DNA of 64,000 nucleotides from an uncultured Actinomycetes bacterium. Its GTDB lineage: Bacteria > Actinomycetota > Acidimicrobiia > Spongiisociales > DATADW01. Below, in pieces: positions 20,739 to 32,238 of the stretch. The position numbers were made by a program, and so were the translations under genes. A model generated the notes under the pieces. It did no database searches, was not told the DNA's origin, and saw only the letters and a list, made by a program, of their open reading frames with translations. Positions within the stretch are counted from its first letter, which is position 1; every line of letters starts with the position of its first letter. The DNA lies in assembly GCA_963824995.1 (NCBI GenBank), contig CAWGRK010000006.1:318273-382272 (forward strand). Direction: 5' to 3'.

Positions 20739-23700
20739 ATGGCCCCTGACCCCATGGCCGGGTTCTCGCCGGCGACGAGGGCATGGTTCGAGAGCTCCTT
20801 TTCCGAGCCAACCGAGGCGCAGGCGTTGGGCTGGCCGGTTATCGCCAGGGGCGAGCACACCCTCGTCCATGCCCCCACCGGCTCGGGCAAGACGCTCGCC
20901 GCCTTCCTCTGGACGCTCGACCGTCTGCTCCACGAGCCGGTCCCCGAGCCGGCGGAGCGGTGCCGGGTGCTCTATGTGTCGCCGATGAAGGCTCTCGCCT
21001 ACGACGTGGAGCGCAACCTGAGGGCGCCGCTCGCCGGGATCGGCCACGCCGCGACCCGACTGGGTCTGCCGGCGCCGGCACAGATCATCGCCGGAATCCG
21101 CACCGGTGATACCCCGGCCGACGAGCGGCGAAGGATGCAGCGGTACCCCCCCGACATCCTCATCACCACCCCCGAATCGCTTTTCCTGATCCTCACTTCG
21201 GCGACCCGAAGCATCCTCGAGACGGTCCGCTGGGTGATCGTCGACGAGGTCCACGCCGTCGCCGGCACCAAGAGGGGTACTCACCTCTCCATCTCGCTGG
21301 AGCGCCTCGAGGAACTGACCAGGGTTGCCCCGCAGCGGCTCGGGCTCTCGGCGACGCAGCGCCCGCTCGAGACGATCGCCCGCTTCCTCGGCGGGGGCAC
21401 GCTGGAACGGAGCGGGAGCCGACTGGGTACCCCGACCTGTCAGCGTCGTCGATGTCCCGGGAGAGCATGCTCTCGAGGTCGAACTGGTGGTGCCGGTCGA
21501 GGACATGACCGCGCCGCTCCGGCCCGAGCCGGAGGTGAGCGCCCGGCCCGACGGGACGATCGATCCCGCCAGACCCCAGGCTGGCCCCGAGCCGTCCCTC
21601 GGTGTGGGAGGCGATCTACCCGAGGGTGCTCGATCTCATCCGAAGCCATCGATCGACGATCGTGTTCGCCAACAGCCGGCGGCTCGCCGAGCGGATCTGC
21701 TCCGAACTGAACGCATTGGCCGGGGAGGAGATCGCCAGGGCTCACCACGGCTCGGTGTCGCGCGAGCAACGGGTGTCGATCGAGGAGGGTTTGAAGCGTG
21801 GCGTGCTTCCAGCCGTGGTGGCCACGTCGTCGCTAGAACTCGGCATCGACATGGGCGCGGTGGACCTCGTGATCCAGGTCGAGTCGCCCACTTCAGTCGC
21901 TTCGGGGCTGCAGCGGGTGGGAAGGGCAGGCCACCAGGTGGGTGCGGTGAGCCGGGCGAAGGTGTTCCCCAAGTTCCGTGGAGACCTGCTCGAGGCGACC
22001 GTCGTGGTGGACAGGATGGTGGACCGGACGGTGGAGTCGACCCGGATCCCGCGCAACCCACTCGATGTGCTCGCCCAGCAGGTGGTGTCGATGGTCTCGG
22101 TGGAGCCCTGGAACGCCGCCGATCTACTTGCGGTGGTGCGGCGCAGTGCCCCCTATGCCGACCTCACCGCCGGGCCGTTCGAAGCCACGCTCGACATGCT
22201 GGCAGGCCGCTACCCGTCGGACCTCTTCGCCGAGTTGAGGGCGCGTATCACGTGGGATCGTATCGACGGCACGATCACCCCCCGGCCCGGAGCTCGCCAG
22301 CTAGCCGTGGCCAACGCGGGCACCATCCCCGACCGGGGGTTGTTCCGGGTCACGCTCCCAGACGGCGCTCGTGTCGGCGAGCTCGACGAGGAGATGGTCT
22401 ACGAGAGCAGGCCGGGCGACGTGTTCCTCCTCGGCGCGAGCACGTGGCGGATCGTCGATATCCAGCACGACCGGGTGGAGGTGGTCCCAGAACCGGGAGC
22501 ACCGGCGGCGAACATGCCGTTCTGGCACGGCGATGCTCCGGGGCGGCCGCTCGAGACCGGTAGGGCGATCGGTGAGTTCATCCGCCGTATGGCGGCCATG
22601 CCCGCTGACGAGGCCGAGGCGACTCTCCGCGATCGCTACCGGCTCGACCCGCTGGCCGCCTCCAACCTGGTCGCCTATCTGACCGAGGAGCAGGAGGCGG
22701 TGGGCGTGCTTCCCACCGACCGGACGATCGTGGTCGAGCGCTTCCGCGACGAGATCGGCGACTGGCGCCTCGTGGTGCTGTCACCTCTCGGTGCCAGGGT
22801 CCACGCTCCATGGGCGATGGCGCTCGTTCGGAGATTCAGGGAGAGATACGGCCACGATGTAGACGTCATCTGGTCGGACGACGGGATGGTCTTCCGATTC
22901 CCCGACACCGACGATGTCGCCTCGGCGGAAGAGGTCGCCATCGATCCGGAGGAGGCGGAAGGACACCTCATGGAGCAACTGCCGGACACCGCCCTGTTCG
23001 CTGCACGCTTCCGCGAGGCGGCGTCGCGGGCTCTGCTCCTCCCCCGGCGCCGTCCCGGGTCGCGCACCCCTTTGTGGCAGCAGCGGCGCCGCGCCGCAGA
23101 CCTCTTGGCGGTGGCCCGTGAGTTCGGCTCATTCCCCATCATTCTGGAGACTTATAGGGAGGTGCTCCAAGACGACTTCGATCTGCCTGCGCTGCGCGAG
23201 GTGCTCGGCGGCATCCAGTCCCGCCGCATCCGCCTCGCCGAGGTCGTCACCACCAGCCCCAGTCCCTTTGCCTCGTCACTGCTGTTCGACTTCGTCGCCG
23301 CCTACCTCTACGAGGGCGACACTCCCCTGGCCGAACGCCGCGCCGCGGCACTGACCCTCGACCGCGATCTCCTCGCCGAATTGCTGGGTGAGGGAGAGCT
23401 CCGCCAGTTGCTCGACCCCGAAGTGGTGGCAGAGGTCGAACTCGAACTCCAGGCATTGACAGACGAGCGGCGGGTACAGGGCTCGACGGGGTGCACGACC
23501 TCCTCCTCCGTCTGGGACCACTCACCGCCGACGGCGTCGCCTCGCGGATCGTCGACGGCGACGCGCTCGCCCTGCTCGACCAACTGACCGCGGCACGGCG
23601 TGCCATCCCGGTGCGGATTGGTGGCGTCGCCAATTGGGCCGCGGTCGAGGACAGCGCTCGCGCCTGCGCGATGCTCTCGGTGTCCAGCCCCCACCGGGTG

Positions 23701-25160
23701 TCCCCTTCACCTTCCTCGAACCGGTGGTAGACCCGATGGGAGACGTGGTCGGCCGCTTCGCCAGGACGCATGGACCGTTCACCCAGGGGGCCGCCGCCGC
23801 CGCTCTGGGGCTGGCGCCGGCGGTGGCGAGGACGGCACTGGAGCGCCTGGAAGCTCAGGGCAGGGTGGTGCGGGGCGCCTTCCGCCCGGGTGGCGACGGA
23901 GTGGAATGGGTGGACGTCGAGGTGTTGCGACGGCTCAAGCGACGCTCGCTGGCCGTGCTCCGCAAGGAGATCGAACCTGTCGGTCCAGATGCGCTGGGGA
24001 GGTTCCTCCCTGCCTGGCACGGCGTGGGCACAGCCACCGCCGACCGCGCCGGTTTGACCGACGTCGTCCGCCAACTCCAGGGTGCCGCCATCCCGGCGTC
24101 GGCACTCGAGACCGACGTACTTTCCGCACGGCTCAACTACCGCCCCGAAGACCTCGACCGTTTGATGGTCAGCGGAGACGTGGTTTGGGTGGGAGCAGGC
24201 TCGATCGGTCCAAGGGATGGCCGGGTCGCTCTCTTCTTCGCCGATCAACTGCCGCTGCTCGGTAGAGCCCTCGCCGATCCCGTGGAGGGGAGGGTTCACG
24301 ACTCGCTCCGCAACCACCTCCTCGCCAGAGGTGCTTCCTTCTTCCGCGAGTTGTACCAGGCCGCGGGTGGGGGCGATCCAGACGCCGTGGTCGAGGCTAT
24401 CTGGGATCTGGTGTGGGCCGGCGAGGTCACCAACGACACGCTCGCTCCGCTGCGTGCCCTGGTGGGCGGAAGACGGGCAACTCGCCGATCCACCGGTCGG
24501 CGACCAAACCAGGTGGTGGCATCACCCCCTTCCGTCACCGGGAGGTGGTACCTGGTGTCCGAACTTGCGGGGCAGCCAACCGAACCGACCGAGTCGGTTA
24601 CGGCATGGGCGCTCCAACTCCTCGACCGCCATGGCGTACTCACCCGGGCGGCCGTCGCCGCCGAGGGCCTACCTGGCGGCTTCAGCGGGCTCTATCCGGT
24701 CCTCTCCAGGTTGGAGGAGACGGGGAGGGTCCGCCGGGGCTACTTCGTCGAGGGCCTCGGAGGAGCCCAATTCGCCAAGCCAGGTGCCGTCGATCGGCTG
24801 CGGTCGTCGGACGGCGACGGGGTCATAGTGCTCGCCGCCACCGATCCGGCCAACCCATACGGGGCGGCGCTGCCGTGGCCGGCGAGCGCCGGCGCCCAGC
24901 CGGCGAGAGCGGCAGGGGCCGCCGTGGTGCTGCTGGATGGGTCATTGGCAGCTTTCGTCGAACGCGGTGGGCGAAGGGTGGTCACCTACGGCGACGAGTT
25001 GGAGTCGGTCGCCGCGGCGCTGGCGGATCTTGGCCGGCGCCGGCACCGGATGCTCCTCACCACGGTTGATGGCAAGCCGGTGGCGGATACCCCGCTGGGT
25101 GATGCCTTGATCGCTGCCGGGTTCACCACGGCGCTCCGCGGGTTGGCGTGGCGCGGTTGA
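20739..25160 (+). CDS. lhr: Lhr-family ATP-dependent helicase (long form); frameshifted
   Basis: APTGSGKT, VSPMKAL, TTPESL, DEVH, GLSAT, AHHGS, TSSLELGID, QRVGRAGH; C-terminal VTNDT and RRGYFVEGLGGAQF. Confidence 0.95.
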
Positions 25161-25177
25161 CACCTTCGGGGGGTTGA

Positions 25178-25963
25178 TTGCCCGAGGGAGACGTCATCGC
25201 CCGGGCCGCAGCACGGCTGCAGGAGGCACTCGGAGGCGAGGTGATCGCCCGTGTCGAGGGGAGCAACCCAGGCGTGCGCCGCAATGCGGGGCGTCTGGTC
25301 GGCTCCCGGGTGGGCGAGGTGACTTCCCACGGCAAACACCTTTTGATCCACCTCGACAATGGGCTGAGCATCCGGACCCACCTCGGGATGCCTGGCGCCT
25401 GGCACGTCTACAGATCGGGCGAGCGCTGGCGCCGGCCATACGGAGCCGCCCGCCTGGTCCTAACCACCGACAGCGTCACTGCGGTGTGCTTCTCGGCGCC
25501 GACCGTCGAGGTAGAGCGACGACGTGTGGTCGAGATGGGGATCGCTCACCTCGGACCCGATGCAACCGCGGCGGACTTCGACGAGGAGGAGTACCTGCGC
25601 CGGGCCGTTTCGTTCCCCGCTGACCGACCGGTGAGCGATCTCCTGCTGTCGCAGAGAGTGCTCTCGGGCGTGGGCAATGCCTACAAATGCGAGGTGCTCT
25701 TCCTTGAAGGGATTCACCCGGCCGCCCCCGTTTCGGTGCTCGACCCGGAGCGGCTTCTGGCGCTGGCACGCCGGTCTCACCGGCTATTGCGGGCCAACCT
25801 CGGTGGTCCGGGGCGAACGACCACAGGTGATCGGCGGCGTCCGGCCTGGGTGTACGGGCGCGCCGGGCAGCCGTGCCTTCGTTGCGGATCGATCATCGAA
25901 CAAGCCCACATTGGCGATCCCCCTCGTCACACCACCTGGTGTCCATCGTGCCAATCCCGATAG
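25178..25963 (+). CDS. Fpg/Nei DNA glycosylase (Nei2-like, lhr-linked)
   Basis: MPEGD N-terminus, HLGMPG, SGVGNAYKCE, C-terminal CxxC...CxxC zinc finger. Confidence 0.93.
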   Translation: MPEGDVIARAAARLQEALGGEVIARVEGSNPGVRRNAGRLVGSRVGEVTSHGKHLLIHLDNGLSIRTHLGMPGAWHVYRSGERWRRPYGAARLVLTTDSVTAVCFSAPTVEVERRRVVEMGIAHLGPDATAADFDEEEYLRRAVSFPADRPVSDLLLSQRVLSGVGNAYKCEVLFLEGIHPAAPVSVLDPERLLALARRSHRLLRANLGGPGRTTTGDRRRPAWVYGRAGQPCLRCGSIIEQAHIGDPPRHTTWCPSCQSR

Positions 25964-25990
25964 CTTCCTCCTCGGACATAAGGAGGTGCC

Positions 25991-26383
25991 GTGCTCGACG
26001 CGATGGATTTCTGGCCGACCTTGCCCGCCGCCGACATGGAGCGGGCCAAGCGCTTCTACGCCGAGAAGCTCGGTCTCTCACCTCTGGTCGAGACCGAAGC
26101 GTGGATCACATACCGCTCAGGATCGACCATCTTCCAGCTCTACCCGACGTCGTCTGCGGGGACGGCGGGCCACACCCTCGGAGGATGGGTCACCGATGAC
26201 CTGGAGGCGACGGTGACCGGACTCCGCGAGAACGGCGTTGTCTTCGAGGAATACGACATGCCTGGGTTGCGCACGTTCGACGGTATCGCCGACCTCGGCG
26301 GTGTGGAGAGAGCCGCATGGTTCCGCGACAGCGAGGGCAATATCCTCGCCATCTCCGAGTTCCTCACCGACCCGACCGGCTGA
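25991..26383 (+). CDS. VOC/glyoxalase family protein
   Basis: DMERAKRFYAEKLGL, GVVFEEYD, AWFRDSEGNIL. Confidence 0.9.
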   Translation: MLDAMDFWPTLPAADMERAKRFYAEKLGLSPLVETEAWITYRSGSTIFQLYPTSSAGTAGHTLGGWVTDDLEATVTGLRENGVVFEEYDMPGLRTFDGIADLGGVERAAWFRDSEGNILAISEFLTDPTG

Positions 26384-26433
26384 CCTCCGGGGGCGCCGGG
26401 GTACGGTTCGGCTCATCGGCGACTACCTGGTCC

Positions 26434-27633
26434 ATGGCTCCTGCTGCAACCGTCACCGTCCGTGCCGGGCACCCGGATTTCCTCGATCTACCTTGGGACA
26501 CCACGCTCGCCGGCTGGGACGACCCGAGGTTGATCGAGCTGCCCAAGGGGATCTCCCGTCACGAGGTCCGCTTCATCGCCATGGGCCCGTCGATCTATGC
26601 GATCAAGGAACTGCCCACCAGACCGGCTCGACGCGACTACGACGTCCTCCGACGGCTCGAGTTGGCGACGCACCGGCCGTCCGTGCCGTCGGTCTGGTCG
26701 AGGGCCGTTATCCCGATCCAACCGCCGAACAGGCAGCCGCACTCATCACCCGTTACGAGGACTTCTCCTACTCGTACCTCGAACTTCTGCAAGGCCCCGG
26801 TTTCGGGATACGCCGCAACCAGATGCTCGATGCCTTCGCCGGTCTCTTCGCCGAGCTCCATGTCGCCGGATGCTTCTGGGGCGACGGCTCGCTCTCGAAC
26901 GTGCTCTACCGGTTCGATGCCGACAAGGTCGAAACGATGCTGGTCGACGCCGAGACCGCCGAGATCCACACCCGAGCTCAGCGACGGGCAGCGCGAACAG
27001 GACCTCGGGATCATGATCGAGAACGTCGCCTGGGGCATGGCGGATATCGCCGCCCAACAGGGGGTGGACGTCGAGGAAGCCGACATGGCCCTCGGTGAGG
27101 CAATCGCCGATCGTTATCGGGGGCTGTGGCACGAGCTCACCGAGGTGTGGACCATCGGGCCCGATGAGCGGTACAAGATCAACGAGAGGATCGAGAGCCT
27201 CAACGAACTCGGGTTCATCGTCGAGGAGGTTGATCTCGTCCCAACCGAGGATGGCAACCGATTCCAGGTGAGGGCTCGGGTGGGCGGCAGGGCCTTCCAC
27301 GCCGACAAGCTGCGCGAGCTTGACCGGGGTCGATGCCCTCGAGTTCCAGGCGAGACAGATCCTGTCGGATCTCTACTACTTCCAGTCGGACTCAACGGGC
27401 GGCGAGACGCAGACCGGGAAGGCGATCGATGCGGTGCGGTGGCGGGTCAACCAGTTCGAGCCGATGCTGATCAGGTTGCGCGGACACCGCCGGGGTGGTC
27501 GATCCGGTCCAGGCTTTCTGCGACGTGCTCTACCACCGCTACGCGATCTCCAAGGACCGGGGCTCGATGTCGGGACCGATGCCGCCTTTGACGACTGGGT
27601 GGCGATGGGTCGACCCGGCTACCCCTGGTCTGA
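26434..27633 (+). CDS. DUF4032 domain (kinase-like) protein; multiple frameshifts, end approximate
   Basis: HPDFLDLPW, GISRHEVRF, FWGDGSLSNVLYRFDA, LVDAETAE, LNELGF. Confidence 0.8.
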
Positions 27634-27637
27634 GCTC

Positions 27638-28411
27638 TCAACCCAGCGACCCGCTGGCTCCGATCACACCACCGTCCACAGGGAGGGTCACCCCGGTGAT
27701 CCAGGTCGCCCGGTCTGAGCAGAGAAAGACGATTGCGTCCGCCACGTCCTCGGGAACGCCGAGGCGTCCCAGCGGGTGGAGTGCGCGCTGCGCGGCCTCG
27801 TCCTCCCACAGCAGCTTGGACAGCCTGGTCTTCACCACGGCCGGCGCAACCGCGTTCACCCGCACCGTCGGCGCCAACTCGAAGGCGAGTTGCCTCGTCA
27901 TGTGGATCAGCGCCGCCTTGGAGAGGTTGTAGGCGCCGAGCACGTGGCTGGGAGCCATGCCGCCGACCGAGGCGACGTTGACGATGACACCGCCGTGTTC
28001 CTTCATCCATTGATGCCAGACCTGGCGGGACCAGAGCAGCGGGCCCTTCTGGTTCACCGCCCACGTCTTGTCGATGGCACCCTGGTCCACCTCCATGATC
28101 GGACCGCCGGAGGGGTTGGTCCCGGCGTTGTTGACCAGGATGTCGCAGCCACCGAACCGCTCGATGGCGGCGACTACGGTCGCAACCGCGTCCTCTTCCT
28201 CATCGGCCCTTGCGACCCGGGCGTGGAGCGACGATGGGTCGGCGCCGGCATCGGTCAGCATGGCCTCGGCCTCCTCGAGGTTCTCGGCACGCCGGCCGGT
28301 GATGACCACCCCCCGTGCGCCGCTGCGGAGCAGTTCGAGGGCGGTGGCAGCGCCGATCCCCCTGCTCGCCCCGGTGACGATGGCCACCTTGTCGTCGACT
28401 CTTGCGTCCAT
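27638..28411 (-). CDS. SDR family oxidoreductase
   Basis: TGASRGIG, NNAG, YNLSK, VNAVAP. Confidence 0.93.
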   Translation of the reverse strand: MDARVDDKVAIVTGASRGIGAATALELLRSGARGVVITGRRAENLEEAEAMLTDAGADPSSLHARVARADEEEDAVATVVAAIERFGGCDILVNNAGTNPSGGPIMEVDQGAIDKTWAVNQKGPLLWSRQVWHQWMKEHGGVIVNVASVGGMAPSHVLGAYNLSKAALIHMTRQLAFELAPTVRVNAVAPAVVKTRLSKLLWEDEAAQRALHPLGRLGVPEDVADAIVFLCSDRATWITGVTLPVDGGVIGASGSLG

Positions 28412-28512
28412 ACCAACCCCTCGCAGGCCCAACTCCTTGCGGACCGGCCCAGTGACCGCCCGGCTCGCACGGGTAATCATGGCGAAGCTGGCGTCCACTG
28501 CGCATCCCCGAC

Positions 28513-29028
28513 TCAGTGACCGCCCCGCTTGACCCCTCCGTACTTCATCCGCGTGTCGCCGATGGCCGCGGCCTTCTCCACCTCCGGCGAAGGGAGTCCG
28601 GCAGCCACCACCTCCCCCACGAAGAACGTGTGGGTGCCCAGATCGGTCGAGTTGCCTCACCTCGCACTCCATCCAGGCGATCGCCTCGTCGAAGATCGGT
28701 GCTCCGGTTTGGCCGGGGCGAACCGGCCGCTCGTTGAGCTTGCCGTCCTCGTATCTTCGCCGGCTTGGAGAACTTGACGAACACCCGGGTGTCCTCGGAT
28801 GACCAGAGGTTGACGGTGAACACCCCGGAGGCGCTGATCGAGCCGGTGGGTCACCGCCTTGTTGTCGACCCCGATGCCGATGAGGACCGGTTCCATCGAC
28901 ACCTGGGTGACCCAACTGGCGGTCATCGCGTTCCACTCGTCCCCGTGGCGCGACCCGACGAGCACCAGGGCGTTCGGTATACGCCAGGTGACCGCGTTGA
29001 GCAACTCGTCGGTCAGCGTGTCGTCCAT
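28513..29028 (-). CDS. Flavin reductase family protein; frameshifted
   Basis: NAMTASWVTQVSMEP, FTVNLW, AIAWMECEV, GTHTFFVGEVV. Confidence 0.85.
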
Positions 29029-29102
29029 CGCTCTCCTCGGGACGGGCGGGACAGGGTACCGGCATGACCGACCGGCGGGTCATCGGCCTAACCTCTTGAG
29101 CC

Positions 29103-29624
29103 GTGCGGATCCTCATCGCCACGGCAGGAGTGTTGCCCCCTGGCCCGGTGGTCGATCTGGTCGGGCGATTCCGGGGCGACGACGGTGAGGTTTCGGTGCT
29201 CTCGGTGATCGAGGTGCCGCGCAGCTTCCTCGACTCGCTGAGCGCTGAGGAGTGGCGACCGTTCGAGGATGATCCCAGTGATCGTGTCGCCGCCCGGGAA
29301 GCGGCGGTCGCCCGCTACGTGGCCGAGCGGGGCAGACGCCTCACCGAGCCCGTGGTGGTGGCGCTCCGCTCCCGCGGTCTGACCACGTCTGCGCTCTACG
29401 TGGAGGGCTCCGACCCGGCGGATGCGATCGTCGAGACCGCCAACCGGATCGATGCCGGACTGATCGTCATCGGGGCGACCCGGCCGATCTTCGCCGACGG
29501 CAGCTGGGGGAGCGTTTCGGCAGACGTCATGCGCAACTCCCGCCGACCCCTGCTCCTCGTGCCCGGGGCTTCCCGCGATACCGAGGACGTGACCGAGCGG
29601 CCCTTCGTCGCCGATCCCGCCTGA
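29103..29624 (+). CDS. Universal stress protein family
   Basis: MRILIAT, GSDPADAIVETA, LIVIGA, GSVSADVMRNSRRPLLLV. Confidence 0.88.
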   Translation: MRILIATAGVLPPGPVVDLVGRFRGDDGEVSVLSVIEVPRSFLDSLSAEEWRPFEDDPSDRVAAREAAVARYVAERGRRLTEPVVVALRSRGLTTSALYVEGSDPADAIVETANRIDAGLIVIGATRPIFADGSWGSVSADVMRNSRRPLLLVPGASRDTEDVTERPFVADPA

Positions 29625-29664
29625 TCGGACGCGGCCGGAACCCGCTAGGTCTGTCGCCGAGGAA

Positions 29665-29686
29665 TGTCACACCCTCGTGACAGGAT
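29665..29686 (+). promoter_or_regulatory. Candidate PafBC-like promoter / 18-bp palindrome
   Basis: TGTCAC-N10-CAGGAT; also a perfect inverted repeat TGTCAC-N6-GTGACA. Confidence 0.45.
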
Positions 29687-29772
29687 GATGCTCCATGGAC
29701 GGGTAAAGGCTTACGGGAGAACTTCAACGGGGGAACTTCAACTGTCGCCACCAGCCGGTCGAGATCGCCGGG

Positions 29773-30123
29773 ATGTCGGTCGTGGCGTGCGCCGATTGCG
29801 GCATCGTCCAGTGGTTCGGACCATCGGGCCCGCTCGACCCCGCCGAGGCGATGAACCGGGCCTTCGGACAGTACGACCTTGTGGGTCGTCTTCCCTCGGT
29901 GCGGGGTCCCGCCGACTGGGTGCTCCTCTACCGTCCCCCTGGGCGCCGCCAGCGGTCGCACCTCGCCGCTTTTCAGGCTGGCACGTGGTACCGGGTAGAC
30001 GAAGAGCTGTGGCTGTGCCACGACGGCGAGATGCTCCTGTTGGCCCCATCCGACCCGCTCCTCGCCGCCAACCTGACCCGCGAGATGAGTACGGGACGGC
30101 GGTTGGAGCCGGTCAGCGGCTGA
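29773..30123 (+). CDS. Hypothetical protein with CxxC (true start probably upstream, near 29690)
   Basis: Open frame ...NCRHQPVEIAG-MSVVACADCGIVQWF...; fills the gap between USP and ABC genes. Confidence 0.65.
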   Translation: MSVVACADCGIVQWFGPSGPLDPAEAMNRAFGQYDLVGRLPSVRGPADWVLLYRPPGRRQRSHLAAFQAGTWYRVDEELWLCHDGEMLLLAPSDPLLAANLTREMSTGRRLEPVSG

Positions 30124-30135
30124 CACACCGATCGG

Positions 30136-32098
30136 TCAGACGCTGCCAGTCAGGACTCGCCGCCCACCCCGAGCACCGATTCCGAACCGAGGACGTCGAT
30201 CAACCCGGCTTGCTGCGCCAGGAATTGGGTCTCGAACAGGCGGTTGTAGAGCCCACCAGCGGCGAGCAGTTCGACATGATCGCCCTGCTCGACCAGATTG
30301 CCCTTGATCGAACACGAGGATCCGGTCGGCGGCGAGCACCGTGGAGAGTCGGTGGGCGATCACCAGCGAGGTGCGGCCGTTCATCACCCGCTCCAGTGCT
30401 TCTTGGATCTTCGCCTCAGACTGTGAGTCGAGGTGGGACGTCGCCTCGTCGAGCACCAGGATACGCGGGTCCTTGAGGATCACTCTGGCGATGGCGATGC
30501 GCTGCTTCTCGCCACCCGAGAGCCGGTAGCCCCGTTCTCCCACCAGCGTCTCGTACCCGTCGGGGAGCGAGGCGATGAACTCGTCGATGTTGGCCGCGGC
30601 CGCGGCCTCCTCGAGTTCCTGCTGGGTGGCGTCCGGCCTGGCGTAGCGGAGGTTGGCGGCGATGGTGTCGTGGAAGAGGTAGGTCTCCTGGGTGACCACG
30701 CCGATCCCGTCGGCCAGCGAGCCGAGGGTCACCGCGCGGACGTCGTGACCGTCGACCAGGACGCGGCCTTGCTCGACGTCGTAGAGCCGGGGCACGAGAT
30801 AGCTGACCGTGGTCTTCCCGGCGCCGCTCGGCCCGACGAGGGCAACGAGGTCGCCGGGCTCGACACGGAAGGAGACATCCTGCAGGGCCCATCGGCGTCC
30901 CATGCGCTGCGGAAACCGGGACGGCCACCGGAGCGGGGCGGCTGTGCCTCTTGGCGTCGGGAAGCCCGCTCACGCCTTCGGTGTGGTAGCGGAACCAAAC
31001 GTGGTCGAACTCGATGGCGCCGAGCAACGGCGTAGAACCGTCGGCATCCGGGGCCTCCTCGATGTCGCTCGGCAGGTCGATCACCTCGAAGACCCGCTCG
31101 AACGAGACCAACGAGGTGACGAACTCGACCCTGCTGTTGGAGATGGCCGACAGCGGCCCATACAGCTGCACCAGCAGTCCGGTGAACATCACGATCACCC
31201 CGAGGGTGATCGTGCCCTGGATGACCATGTAGCCGCCCACCCAGAACACGGCGGCGGTCCCCACTGCCGAGACCAAGCCGAGCGCGGCGAAGAACCACCG
31301 GCCGATGACCGCCCGCCTCACCCCGAGGTCGCGCACCGTCGCCGGCCTCGGTGGAGAACCGATCCACCTCGCGGCCGGCCCGGTTGAAGAGCTTCACCAG
31401 CAGCGCGCCGCTGACGTTGAACGTCTCCTGGAGAATGCTCGACATGGTGGCGTTGTGCTCCATCTGCTGCTCGGTGACCCTTGCGCAGCGCTTGGCCCAC
31501 CCGTCGCGCCGGCCAGATGAAGAGGGGCAGCGCCGCCACCGCCAGCAGCGTCAGCCGCCACTCCGCCCGGAGCATTACAACCAGGATGATCGATCACCTG
31601 CACGATGTTGGAGACGATCGAGACGAAGGTTCCGGTGACCGCCTGCTGGGCACCGACGACGTCGCTGTTGAGCCGTGAGATCAGCTCCCCGGTCCTGGTG
31701 TTGGTGAAGAACCGCAGCGACATCCCCTGAAGGTGGACATACAGCTGGCGTCCTCAGGTCGAAGATGATCCCTTCACCGGCTCGCGCCGAGAGCCATCGC
31801 TGGATCCCGCCGATGAGGGCGTTGGCGAAGGGGACGACGATCATGGCCGCACCGAGCAGGGTGAGTAGCTGCGATGTCGCCCTCGGGGATGGCGACGTCC
31901 ACCAATTGACGCGACAGACAGCGGGGGGATCACCGAGAGCAGTGAGATCACGAAGATGGTGGCTAGGACGCCGATCGAGGAGCAGCCGGTAGGGCCGCCC
32001 GTACTCGAAGACGCGCCGCAAGAGAGCCCGTCGAGCTTGGGCGGATCGGCGTCCTCGTCGGCATGCAGGTAGCTGAACCACCCGCCGTGATAGAACAT
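30136..32098 (-). CDS. ABC exporter, fused permease/ATP-binding; many frameshifts
   Basis: [30 protein letters not shown] segments [25 protein letters not shown]. Confidence 0.9.
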
Positions 32099-32170
32099 GA
32101 AGCTTGGTCAGGTTATAGACCTGGGGCCGCTACCCAGGGAACGCATTGGCGGCGCCGGCTCTTGCATCTA

Positions 32171-32186
32171 TCGAACAGGTGTTCGC
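32171..32186. promoter_or_regulatory. LexA (SOS) box
   Basis: TCGAAC-AGGT-GTTCGC, matching actinobacterial TCGAAC-N4-GTTCGA. Confidence 0.8.
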
Positions 32187-32191
32187 CAGTT

Positions 32192-32213
32192 TGTCGCACC
32201 CCGCTGATAGGTT
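32192..32213 (+). promoter_or_regulatory. PafBC/RecA-NDp-like promoter of the DUF222 gene
   Basis: TGTCGC-N10-TAGGTT. Confidence 0.65.
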
Positions 32214-32238
32214 GTGCCTACTTCCCCACCGTGAACCA

